This document shows positions 35,165-47,235 of a DNA stretch of 64,000 nucleotides, one piece after another. Source of the DNA: Octopus sinensis (Eukaryota). The DNA lies in contig NW_021832221.1 of assembly GCF_006345805.1 (NCBI RefSeq), positions 1 to 64,000 on the forward strand. Direction: 5' to 3'. Below the pieces are notes generated by a model. That model had not been told where the DNA came from and ran no database searches. It worked only from the letters and a program-made list of their open reading frames with translations. A program made the position numbers and the translations under genes. Position 1 is the first letter of the stretch. Each line of letters begins with the position of its first letter.

Positions 35165-35274
35165 AGCAATGACCAAACGGGAATTCTAAAAAACAAGGAA
35201 ACCATCAGTGAAGCCGTTTATAAATAAAAGTAGAAATGACGGTTTCTTAAAAACATAGAATAATGTTTAGCTTC
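35165..35274 (+). repeat. 110-bp block ~91% identical to 13091-13200 (exon-intron-exon of the unknown gene)
   Basis: Ungapped alignment with 10 mismatches by eye; TAC becomes TAA in the inferred coding frame. Confidence 0.85.
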
Positions 35275-35564
35275 TGAGGACGGTAGGAGGCTGACAAATG
35301 GGAACTGGGCACATAAGATATTCCTTACCTCTCTTTGGATCCGGAAGGCTATATTGAAGATTTGGAGACTAATGCTGATTGGCTCAGACAGTTCCTTCTT
35401 TCCTTCTTCTTTATTCGATTAGTTAGCTGTGAGTGTTTGTGGTGGGTTTGCTATGAAAGCTTGGGGGGTTAATAAAAACAAAAAGCAGATTTGTGAGGCA
35501 ATGGACTGTAGTTTAGGTATTTGCTGGAATTGGCACATAAATATATTTTTCAACAATAATTATG

Positions 35565-36551
35565 TCAATAATCGCCAATACGGAGAGCCTCAGTCCTCAT
35601 CCATTCAGTTTCAATAATCTGGTCGATTGTAGGGCGCATGAGTGGGTCGAAGGATAGCATTTGGAGGACTGTGTCAATGCAACATTTTCCGTAAATATCC
35701 TCAGTTTTAGGAGGAAACTCGTAGTTCATGAGCTTCATTTGTTTTATAATATTGTCCATTGCACTGACAGTTCCCACGGTTCCCACTGGAACAGCCATTT
35801 TTCCGCTGATCATAAAATAAAGAACAACACCGAGACTGAATATATCCGCACACTTTGGGTCATATTTATTTGCTGCGTTCATGATTTCTGGAGCACAGTA
35901 TCCAGGGGTCCCACACACTGTACTACGCAGATGTTCGTCAGGGTCAGGACAATTCTCAGTCTTGCAGGAAAATCCAAAGTCTGTCAGTTTAATGCAGTTC
36001 TCACAAATAAGAATATTTTCCAACTTAATGTCTCGGTGGACAATATTATTTGTATGTAAATACTGGATAGTCCGAGCGAGCTGTGAGTTACAACGTCTCC
36101 CAAAACTTGATAGAAGTAGCGACTAGTTTGGGAAACGGAAAATCGCTGTCGCTTGCTGAAATAGTCGTGCAAATCTCCCCCTTTGGCCAATTCCATAAAA
36201 ATATACACTTTGTCATCCAAGTCAACAATATCTTTTATCTACAAGTTATTAAGACGTCGAACACATTTCAACGTAATATCAAACCTCGACTATTCCGGGA
36301 TGAGAAACCGACTTGAGAATTTTTAGTTCGTTGGAAATATAGTTGTTTATTTTGGACCCACTCATTGCCGTTTTGTCGTACACTTTACATGCATATTTTT
36401 CCTGGTTCTGCACTAACTCCGCCATCCGTATGATTCCCGTCGACCCTTTTGCGAGAAACCAGCACAATTTCCAACCACGCTCCATTAGTCTACCGTCGTC
36501 TTGCCCGTTCAATATTATCAAGTTCGGCCTCTTATGACGGGTAGTCATCAA
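35565..36551 (-). CDS. TSSK-like (CAMK-group) serine/threonine kinase
   Basis: YACKVYD; NELKIL; VHRDIKLENIL; LTDFGFS; LRSTVCGTPGYCAPE; YDPKCADIFSLGVVLY. Two introns (~46 and 29 nt). Confidence 0.88.
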
Positions 36552-37090
36552 ATAGTAATACTTGGTATGTCTCCGTTTTGGTTTTTGGTTTTTTACGACT
36601 TGATCGCTTTTTGAACAGACGCAAAAAAAACTTGCCCAAAATAGTCATTTTAACAGTCAATGTATTCTATTGAATAAAAATATTGACAAAATGCACAGGA
36701 AGCCCACTTTGTCCGCGTATCACTGATATATACTTTGTCCATGACGCATTGTGGTCGTGAATATGCGTCACATTATCAAACGAAATACTCGGAAATTACT
36801 AAAAAATTAGGTCTGTGGTCTCAAATTTTTATTGATTCTCAAAATAGGCAGGATAATTCAATGTGCCTGACTAGCCATGATTTTGTCTAACATTTAATGC
36901 AGTCACGTTGAATATTGTCCTCAAAACTACTTTAAAGAATCAGTCTTTTAGAAGTCATCCTGTCACCAGGAGGAACTGGACTGTGTCTTTTCTGAGGAAT
37001 TCAGAGCACAGATGGAATGCATGTGATGTGCAGTCGGTCAAAAAATGAATAAGGCTAATAAATTATTTATTCAAAAGTATCCAAAAATAA

Positions 37091-37843
37091 TTACTTTTTT
37101 GCACAAACAACAGTAATAACAATAATTATAACTGCGATGATGACTAATACGATGACGATTCGCAAATTCATTTGGATGCATTTGCTTCTATGTCTCTCTT
37201 TCCTTTCCATCACTGAACCCAGATCTTTGAACGATTGAGCCTGTCATAAGTAGCAATTAATACCTTTTCTGTCAGATTCTGACAACGTTCGTCTAAGGAG
37301 TTCAGGTTTTCTCCCCGCTCGGAGAGTTTTTTTACCGAATCGAGGAGGACTTGTTGTACTTGCTGTACTTCTGACTTGATTTGGACAGTTTTGCAGGTCT
37401 GTGACTGAACTGTTGTCTCTTCACTCTGAAAGTTAACAAAAAAACTCAAAATACAATCAGTTGGCTGATGTAAGCTTCCAACTCCGATTCGACATTGGCT
37501 TCTTTGATTGTGAGGAGTAGTTCATAATATGTATGAGTCTGCGGTAAGTAAATATATTTTTATTGCATTTTTTAGGATTCTGAATATACCTTCCTGTGGT
37601 GATTCGCTTTTAGCCTGACAGAATAAGCGCAGTCCAGATTTATTGTACACAGCGAAATTTTTCCTATCAAATTGAAGTTAGCGTTAAAATAAACTCTTTT
37701 GATTTGTAAATGGAACGAGTGTTGTTTTTGTCAACTTTGCTTAGAACTGTTAATATAGACTCGTCATCCACCAAATTCGATTTAAACTGGAACTTGTATA
37801 TTATGGACTCATTTTGAGCTATGGCAATACACGCAATGTCCAT
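37091..37843 (-). CDS. VAMP7: VAMP7-like longin R-SNARE
   Basis: Spliced: N-terminal longin-sized domain (MDIACIAIAQ..), SNARE motif EVQQVQQVLLDSVKKLSERGENLNSLDER, C-terminal TM RIVIVLVIIAVIIIVITVVC. Three short introns. Confidence 0.78.
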
Positions 37844-38314
37844 AATTTGTCAGATATTGGAATTCGCTAATTTTTATTTAAACGTATTTCGCTTATCCTC
37901 TACCGCAACCACATTTTTAAATGAATTTCCTCTAATAATAAAACATTAATATTCGATACTTTTCGTTCATGTAGCCTTACATCCAAAACGCGATTTCGTC
38001 AGCATTTGTCATTGCTGAGGAATGCAGGATTGTGCGATGATTGATTTGAATTAACTTTGTTTTAAAACAACACAAAACCATCGATTATTAGCCAATCAGT
38101 TAATAGGTTCCAATAAAATCAGTCCGTAGAAAGCTGCAATACCAGACTGAGAATAAGGCCTATAAATACGACCGTAGTTGCTTAAATTACAAATACAGTC
38201 AAACCTCTAAATCTCGCCATTTTTTGGGACCGACCAAATCGTGGCGAGATTTAGAATTTGGCGAGCAATAGAGGTTTTGCACTTCCGGTTGTTCACCAAA
38301 AATTGAAAATTATA

Positions 38315-41300
38315 CTGTGATTATATTAGTTATTCAATATTGTAATTAAGGTAAACTAATAATTAGACGACTCTCAAATTTTTGCTTCCCGAGTTCCCCA
38401 TAACTCCACTTTGATCTTCCACGCCATGATCCTCAATCTCCTCCTGGGGCGTGCAGTCTCTGGGCCTCTTAAGGGACTTGCTGATCTTCATAGAGAAATT
38501 ATATTTCCGCCAGTCCCTATTTACGGAATTTGCAGAGTCCAGAATTTCACTGAAGCCATGTTTGTACTCGACAAACATGCTCTCCAGAGTGGCCTTCAGC
38601 GTTACAGTCTGGATGTAAGACCGAACACGTTCTTCAATCCCAAGGAGCTCCATGTACTTGCGGTAGATTGTTGAAACGATTCCATCCCACGTAATGACAA
38701 TTGGCACAATCTTCACCTTAGCCTTGTGTAATTCACTAGCTAAAATGTCGTATTTGTGCAGTTTTTCTACTTCTACACTCTTTAGGTTATCTATTGAAGT
38801 CACACCCACTTCAATAAGCCATATTAGGTTCTCTCTTTTGTCATAGAGGAAAATGTCGGGTTTATTATATTGGATTTTCAACTCTGTTGGAATTGTTGTA
38901 TCAACTCGTATTTCTGCCAAGGTGTTGCACATAATACTCTGGACAGAGCGATTTTTCAGTCTTCTGGATTTTTTGAATCCAAATCTACGGCACAAGTGCA
39001 TGTGGATGCATCTCACAATTTCATTGTGTCTTCTTGTATAATCCGAATTAAGGATCCTGTTGCCATGTGATCAACCGTCTTATTGGAAGATTTACAGTGT
39101 GGACATTTTGAATTAGGGTCTCTGAAAAAAAATATTCCTGTCTTGAAGAAATGAAAACATAGCTTCAGACTTAGGAGATATATTTCCTTTCTTAAGCCAT
39201 GTTGAAGACGATTGAATATCAAAATTGTTATCATCAAGCGATTCAAATAGCTTCGAGTGTGAATGTGTTTTCTTCTTGCTATTGGACAGTAAGGAATCAA
39301 TCTGCATATTCTAGTGATTTGGTTATCTCTCCTTGGGTGTTCGTTCCATATTTACAATGCAGGAATTCTGTGATCGTGGCCATATGGGACTTTCTTTTCT
39401 GCTCGGCCCACAGAATTGCTGCCTTTCTTGGGGAGATTAACTTTCGCCTCTCCAGATTTTCACGAAAGTCAAACAGCATTTTTTCCGACCTGAAGGTAAT
39501 CGAGGCAAGCCCTCTTCCAAGTTTATCCCTCGGCAAATATAGCCTCTCCTTACAGGCTGGTGTCATATGAATATTTAGATCCATTAACAGCTTCCTGACA
39601 AATTTGTCAATTTCATCAAAAGCGGACGGTTCCAAATCCAGAAGGCCGATATAATAATTGTACAAAAATAAAGCATGTTCATTAATTGCCTTAAACCAGT
39701 GGTTCTCAACCTGGGGTCCGCGGACCCCTTAGGGGTCCGCGAAGATTCCAGGGGGTCCGCGAGATTTTTCTGAAACTTTATTTAATGTTTCTATTTAATG
39801 ATAACAATTTTAAATTAATATATAATAGTATTAAATCATAATTAATAATATCTCTTTTAGATATATTATAAATTAATATATTTTAATATTCAATAATACT
39901 GAGGAGGCTAAATTACTTTAAAGCTGAATGTAACTCAAATATTTATTTTTTGGTAAAAGTTAATAAAATTTTTAAGCACGCTATTGATATGAATTCCTCG
40001 AATGTTATTAAGATACGCAAATATAATCCTGATTATATAAAATATGGGTTTATTTGTATTGATAAAGATGGATTTGAAAGCCCAAAATGTGTTGTGTGCA
40101 TGAAAATTCTGTCACACAATAGCATGAAACCAACATCTCTTGTGAGACACTTGCGCACATGTCATCCCCATCTAATCCACAAAAATAAGGATTATTTTAT
40201 TTCTTTGCGTAAAATGATGAAAAATCAAGTATTGACTCGTTTCATACAAACTTTGCCTTCTGATAATTCCATGCTATTAGCATAAGATTTGTATGAAAAA
40301 CTTGCTTTATCAAGATTTTGGTGCGAAATGTGTAAGCATTATCCTTCCGTAAGCGCAAATGCATTAAATTTGTTGCTTATATTCCCGACAACATATTTAT
40401 GCGAACATGGCTTCTCAGCACTTCTCAATATAAAAAATAATCATCGCGCAAGACTGAATATTGAAGATGACATCAGGGTTTGCTTATCGACAACCGAGCC
40501 TCTTATTGAAAAAATTGCCTCGAAAAAACAATATCAACCTTCTCACTAATTTTCTCTATTGATTTAATAATAAATTTTGTTTTTAGATAAGTAAAATTTT
40601 TTTGACAAAAAACTTAATAAATATGTAGGGGGTCCGCGAAATTTTTCATTTACTCACAAGGGGTCCGCGGACAAAAAAGGTTGAGAACCACTGCCTTAAA
40701 CAAATTCACCGAATTTAGTTTCGTCTTCGACAATCTTTCGATACGTTGTTGAACCTCAATCCGTAAATTTTTCAAAACTTCTTTAACAACCTGACTAAAC
40801 TTATTTTCCAATACACCTAAATAACGGTAACTATCGAGTCCATCCAGCAGTTTGGCATCATTTCTCAATAAACAACTATTTGTTGCCGACTTCTCACAAT
40901 TCTTTTCCAAACCCGAAGCTTTAAAAAATAAATCCACGTCTTTCATCATACACCCGAGTGTGATCTCATCTTTGGCGAGGAGTTTCAAATCATCAATGAA
41001 CAAAAAATGGTTTGTAGAAAAAAAACACTGAATTTTCTTGATCGGTATTGACTGATAAATTTGGAGATTTAGCTGATAACAATCTGCTCAACGGATCCAA
41101 AGTCAAAATAAACAACTGAGGAGACAGGGAATCCCCTTGGAGTATTCCACGTTCTATATTAACAATTCCTAGATGCTGCTTTCCTAATTTGAGGGAGACC
41201 TTCCAATTTGGAATTATTGACATTACAAACTTTGTTATCCATTCAGGAAGCCCAAAGTTTTTCAGAATCACAGCAAGGAATTCGTGATTGATTGAGTCAA

Positions 41301-42651
41301 AGAGTTTTTTACGCCTACCTATGAAGAAAATAATTTGTACTCATGTGACCTGTTCACACAACAGTTAATAAGTGCTTGCTCCTTTGCACCTTGACAATGC
41401 CTCTTAGTGCCAAGTTGACATTCAGAGATTAGATTGTATATTTCCACATACTCAGCAATTTTCTCATTTACACACTTTGTGACGAGTTTATAAAGGCACG
41501 GCATACAGGTAATTGGTCTGAAATCACTGGCTTCAGAGGAATTATCCTTTTTCGGAATAAGATAAGTTATTCCGGTATAAAACCAACTCTGGGGTTGACT
41601 GCTTCCAGTAATGATATTTCTGATCTCATCAAATAGAAACTTATGTAGGGAGTCCAATTTTTTGATGAAGAAGTTGTAAACTCCATCGCAGCCAGGAGCT
41701 TTCCAGTTGGGGAGAAATTCGATGATCTTTAAAATGAAGGTGTCATTAACATCAGGTTCGTGATATTCGGCACCAGTGACTCTTCTATTCACACCCAATT
41801 GATACTCACTTATATCTCTTTTTTTCCATACATTAGTCCAAAACTTCAAGCAACGGTCAGTGTCAAGACACTCATTATGTTGGATGGTAGAATTGAGTCT
41901 TCTATAAAAGGATTTTCTATACAACTCAAAATTTCTGTTATCCTTCCTGAACTGTCTTCTTGAATCAGAAATATTCACTTTCTTCATGAGAATTTTAATT
42001 TTATCATTTATGGCTGTCGAAATCTTTCAAATTCACCACTTTTCAATTTTTTATAATTAAAGAGCAAAGAATATCCGTTGCTTTCTTCTTCTCCTCATCA
42101 CTTACTGTTGAGGTAAAAAACTTTGTAATGATAGACTCATTTTCAGTTAAAGACTCAATCTTCCTTTTCACATTGTCCACCCAGTTTGATGGTGAAAATT
42201 CTTTCTTTGTAATTCGATGATAAGTACATTGTGAGGAATATATCAAAGTAGAAATGTCATTAATCGATTTTGGAGGATTATAACCAGATGATTAATATAT
42301 TGATTTCTTCTTCCCAAACTTCAGATTGAAGTAATCCACAGTCAAAGGCCATCCTCCTCTAGGCATCCGCTTAAACCGATCTTTGACAAGCCCGAAAAGC
42401 TGAGTCATCCATTCACCAGGATTCGAAGAGTTGACAGAGTCACACAAAGCTTTCAGAGGTAGCAGACTTGTCGATATCTGCTGGGGAGGTCCAGTGAGTG
42501 AATTTCCGGAAGAATAAGGACGACCATGAACATTTAAATCCACTCTTCCGTTACAATTTTCACTATTATTTTGAGTAGATGCGTCCATAGATATGGTTAT
42601 TCCATTTTGTAAAACAACCATCCGTACACCACAAGAAATTTTTTTATTCTC
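38315..42651 (-). mobile_element. R4/Dong-clade non-LTR retrotransposon (RT plus RLE endonuclease), apparently full length (~3.3 kb without the hAT)
   Basis: NWKAPGCDG; FRPITC; RGILQGDSLSP; FIDD; CPHC..TVDH; KPDIFLYD..LIEVG..EKLHKY. Candidate 10-bp TSD GAAAATTATA at 38305 and 42652. Confidence 0.88.
39697..40693 (+). mobile_element. Non-autonomous hAT-Buster element, 997 bp (BED finger joined directly to the dimerisation domain)
   Basis: TIR CAGTGGTTCTCAACC; perfect 8-bp TSD CCTTAAAC (NNNTANNN Buster type); PKCVVC..HLRTCH and FPTTYLCEHGFS. Confidence 0.95.
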
Positions 42652-44477
42652 GAAAATTATATATGAAAAATAATTTAAAAATTATAAATGTAATTAAATT
42701 ATGATTAATAATCTAAAATGATATAATTTTAAATTGTAGAAAAGTTAAGAAATTCCCAAATTGTTTAAAAAAATTAATGAAAATAATCAAAAAAAAAATA
42801 ATCATCAATAGTTTTTTTCTTCATAGATCATGTTGTTAATTGATTCAAGTGAACTTAAATCAAAATTTTCATTTTGATAATAAAATTTCTTTAATTTATT
42901 TAACATCTTCAATGCCTCTTCTGGGTTAATTAATAAATGATTTTCTTGGTTATCTTCTGAATAACTTGAGGCAGGTTGATTTGACTCCTCCATGAGGAAT
43001 TCCTCAACTTCATCCATCTCAGTGAAACTGTGATCCATAAATTCCGTTGGTTTTATCGGATCCAGAATTTTAAGCGTCGTAATAATTTTATCGTAATTAT
43101 CAATCGTTATATCTGTTTCTTGGGTTTGATTTTCACAAGTAATCCACTTGGAATGCTTAAAACAATTTGCAATTGTTTCTTGAGTAACATTTTTCCATCC
43201 AAAATACGTAAACAAAAGGCCGTCTTTTAAATTCAGCTTCTTATGTGAATCGACAGGATCAGTTCCATTGTCAATTTTCTCTAACATCCCATCAAATTTA
43301 ATTTTGTTAAAGTTCGCTTTAAATGAGCGGATGATTCACTGATCCATAGGTTGTAAAATTGTTGTCGTTTTTGCAGGAAGGTATAGCAGTTCAATTGATA
43401 CTAAATTCGAGTAAATTTTATGTGAAGAGCATCGATCCACAACAAGCAGAATTTTGTTTTTTTTTTTTGAAGATCACGATCCCATGAAAGAAGCCATTCG
43501 TTTAAAATTTTGCTAGTCATCCACGACCTTTCAGAATGTCTGTAATCAATATATTTTTCCACATTAAAATTCTTAAAGCATCTAGGTTTCTTAATTTTTC
43601 CAATCATCAATGGACTTTTTTTTTATCTGTCCCCGTCATATTTGCACACAGCAACAAAGAAAATCTAAAATATAAGAAATACAATAAACCGGTCTTTTAG
43701 CATTTTTTGTCCTGGGCGATTTTTCCGACAAACACTTTTTGAAGGAATATTTTTGTAGAATATTCCTGTTTCGTCGGCGTTATAAATATTTGCAGGTTCA
43801 TATTCTTGCAATTTTGTGAAAATTACTGAAATAAAAGAATTTATTTCTTCTTCAAAGTTTACGTTAATCATATAAGACTCTCCGTGAAAAGTTCTTAACT
43901 TAATATCGTTCCGTTTCTTCAATTTAGAGAGCCAACCATTGCTAGCCTTGAAATCAGTAATTCCATGTAGATCGGCGACTTTTTTTGCTTTCAAAAGAAT
44001 AGAATTATCGTCCATAAATCCGCCACGAAGTTCGATATGTTCCATCCATCTCATAACTTCTGTATCAATAGTTGAATATGTTAGATTGAATAGTCGTTTT
44101 TTGCTTGAGAAAAGAGAATCACCAATAGAGGTTTGACTGTACATTAAATCCGGATCTAAAAATAAAAGTGAAATTTACGATTGACAAGTTACTTAAACAA
44201 AACATAATATTTTAGTGAAATTGGTTAATTACGAGTTTACGTGAAACTGTAGTTATCGTAAAAGTAGTAGTTCCCGGGAGGGTCCTCTACTTTGATTGCG
44301 TTTTGGCTGTTTGACCAATCGCTTTTTCCATTCTGTTTTAAAAGCGGGATTTTTTCTTTCTTGATTAGACTCAGCAAATTGTCAATGCTCCGGGAAAGAC
44401 CTTTAATAGGACACTGGCAAAATTAATGAGAGATCTGCACCGTAATTCTGGGATCTGCTTCTTCTTTTACAGATTTG

Positions 44478-46977
44478 TTAATTCTGGTCTTTCGAATCCC
44501 CTGCTTCTTTTTCTTCTTTGGTTGTGTAGTGGAACCTACACGTCAGTGCTTGGGTCACTTGGAAGTTGCCGACATTCTTCTGCGTGAGTCACCCAGCCTT
44601 GTTTTTTGCAACGGGTGCTACAAAAATATACTTCTCTGCACCGGTTGCACGGAAAAAGCGGAACCAACATTCGCCCACACTCGTAGCAAACGTTACTCGG
44701 AAATCTACATTTTAACATTCAAAGCCACTTTTTTGGAGTTGTTTCGTTACTCTGTATAAACGTCAAAGTCTGGTTAGTTCGTCCCGGAGAACCGAGCACC
44801 TTCATCACCATGTCCCCATGCTTAGCCAAAGTCGGAATATAAATGCATCTCGCCTTGCTATTCCGGACTAGTTTGATTGGTGTCCTCAAAATACCAATTT
44901 CACCGCCCTCAACCTCTTGGTCAAATCTCAATGCTTCCACTTCCCTGACCTTCTTACGTATCTGTGTGGCAAGAAAAGACACGAGTTCATTAAATTCGGA
45001 CACTTTTGCTTTGTCTTCTGTACTGAGCGTGTAGAAGGGGACACTGAAAAGTCTTTTTGACTAGACAGTGATACATAAAACTACGTTCTCATAGTAGTTG
45101 TACACGTGATCCAAACAGGTTCCTAGCGATTTCTTGTTTTCTACAGCGACCTGTGCCAAAATGTCCATTTCCGAGTTCAGACACTTTTTGACCTAAAGAT
45201 CAAAATGAGAAATGCAACAAATGATATTTTCTCGTGTATGGGAATCTTGTTACTCGTTAAAAGGACACAGAGAGAGTTGGATCGAGGGAGACCCAAGTCG
45301 AGGGTGATCGAAGCCCCGTTTTCCATCAACAAATTTGCAGTCTCGGGGTTGTTCTGAGACAATGCCAAAGAAAGGGCGGAGTTGCCGCTCCAAATGGCGT
45401 TCACCTCAGCCCCATATTTTATTAGAAGAGCAATGTTCTTGTGTCTAAACTGGGACAATGCATGTGTTTTTAATACCTCAGCATTTACATTCGTGCTGCA
45501 AGCTATATGTAGAGGAGTCATTCCTGCCGTCGGAATGATAGAATATATGTAGAGGGAGTTCATAATCTGAATACACAGAGCAGTCACTACCGATTCTTCG
45601 AGGAGTCCACTCTCGGATACCCTGGCGTTGACATCTGCTCCAGCATTGAGAAGATCCTCTGTGATCTCGGTCCCCTGTTCGACATGCATTGCGACAGCCA
45701 AATGAATGAGATTGCAGGATAACTGAATGCTCAAAGTGGCAGTACTTTGTTCTTCATGTTTGGATCGGCATTTCTGAGTAACAGAATTCTGACCATCTCT
45801 GAGTCCCCACACAGGACTGCCTCGTACAAAGGGAAGGTTCGAGCAGATCTCTGATTTGGATTAGCCCCGTAGTCCAACAAGATTTCGATAATTTCACGTT
45901 GAAGGGCGTTTAGTTGCAGGGAATGAGACGTATTGAACGCAGACAAAAGTTCATTTGTGCTGGGAAACAGTCTGTGCTGAAGAGGCGATTCTCTGTAGTA
46001 ATTCTGGAAACTGAGCAACAAAGCCGATCTGTCGTCGTCTGACAGGCGCCCCACGTCCGCTCGAAATTTGAGGAGGCGACTGACGATTTGTTTATTGCAG
46101 AGAACTGCTGCGTACATCAATGCTGTCCTTCCTTGCTTGTCGCACACGTCTAAACAGACTTGTTCATTCAGCAAAGCCGAGTTGACATTCCGAATGTTAT
46201 TTTCGGCACAATCCATAATAAATTGTTTCGATAATTTCTCCAACCTTCCTTCCTTCAAAAACAACTTCCGGTCCCCTCCAATCTCTCTTATTCGGTAGTT
46301 TCCATAGTTAGCGTCACGGACATGACTAATAAATGAGTTCCATGAGAAATACCGAAGAACGTGACTCTGCATATTCTGAAATATGGGGGAATTGTTCTCC
46401 AGTGTTACAAACTCCTTACTCAGTGAGTCTGTGTCATCAATAGAGTACTGAGATTGGAAATAGTCAGACTCGAATTCCTTAATATTGAGTGCAATGTTGG
46501 CTCGGGTTAGACAATTCTTGTAAACAGAGGAAGGGACTCCCTCTTGTCCAGCATCACTCAGTCGGGGGTTGTGGTTTTGCTTTACCAGGCACTGAACCGT
46601 GTTAGAGATTTTGTGTGATTTGTCATATTCTAATAAATCGACTCGCAAGGGAATAGTCCCATATAATTTCATCAATTTTCCGCCAAAAAACAGACCAACA
46701 TCCTGAGTGTCGTCCTCATAACTGACGACTCCAGGACCGAAGGGAAATCCACGGAGAAACATTCCCTTTCAACATGATTTGAGACTATACAGCATAAGAT
46801 GAACCATCGACATATTTGCAGTATCCAAACCCCTCCTTTTCGTTAAAATAAAACGTTCCTTCGTAGCAGTCCCCATTTTCACACGTCTCCACTCCGCGGC
46901 CGTGTTTCTTGCCACAAAATAAGCGGACAGTGCTCTACGATGTAATCAAACTTTCTTACCTTTTGATTTTCGATCAT
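44478..46977 (-). CDS. ANKMY1: Ankyrin repeat and MYND domain-containing protein 1
   Basis: N-terminal MORN repeats (KKHGRGVE..GDCYEGTF..KEGFG), ankyrin repeats (GRTALMYAA, GMTPLHIAC), C-terminal MYND finger CYECGR..PCNRC..CSTRC..H...C. Start and end approximate. Confidence 0.92.
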
Positions 46978-47235
46978 TACTCTTCACTCGTGTTGGTTGC
47001 CATGATACAATTTTCGATTTTTAAGTCAGCAGATACGACTAGCCATTCATTATTTGAAAATTTGTACTTTATATGGCAATCCTTAAAGTGCACTGATGAC
47101 GCAAAATAAGAATTTTTGGCGAATGTGTATTTAACTAAAAAATGGTTAATTTTTAAGCTTATAAGGGGATTGGGGATATAAGGTCATTTTGTGTCGTTAT
47201 TTTTTAATATTTTTGTTTATAAGATATACGAGATA

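Larger units (their letters stand above)
38196..44139 (-). mobile_element. pogo element (family shared with 61978), 5'-deleted, split by an R4-like retroelement
   Basis: TA-flanked CAGTCAAACCTCTA at both ends; transposase 42805-44135 (ASNGWL, YNADETG, QPMDQ); 25-nt intron 43665-43689. Confidence 0.8.
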
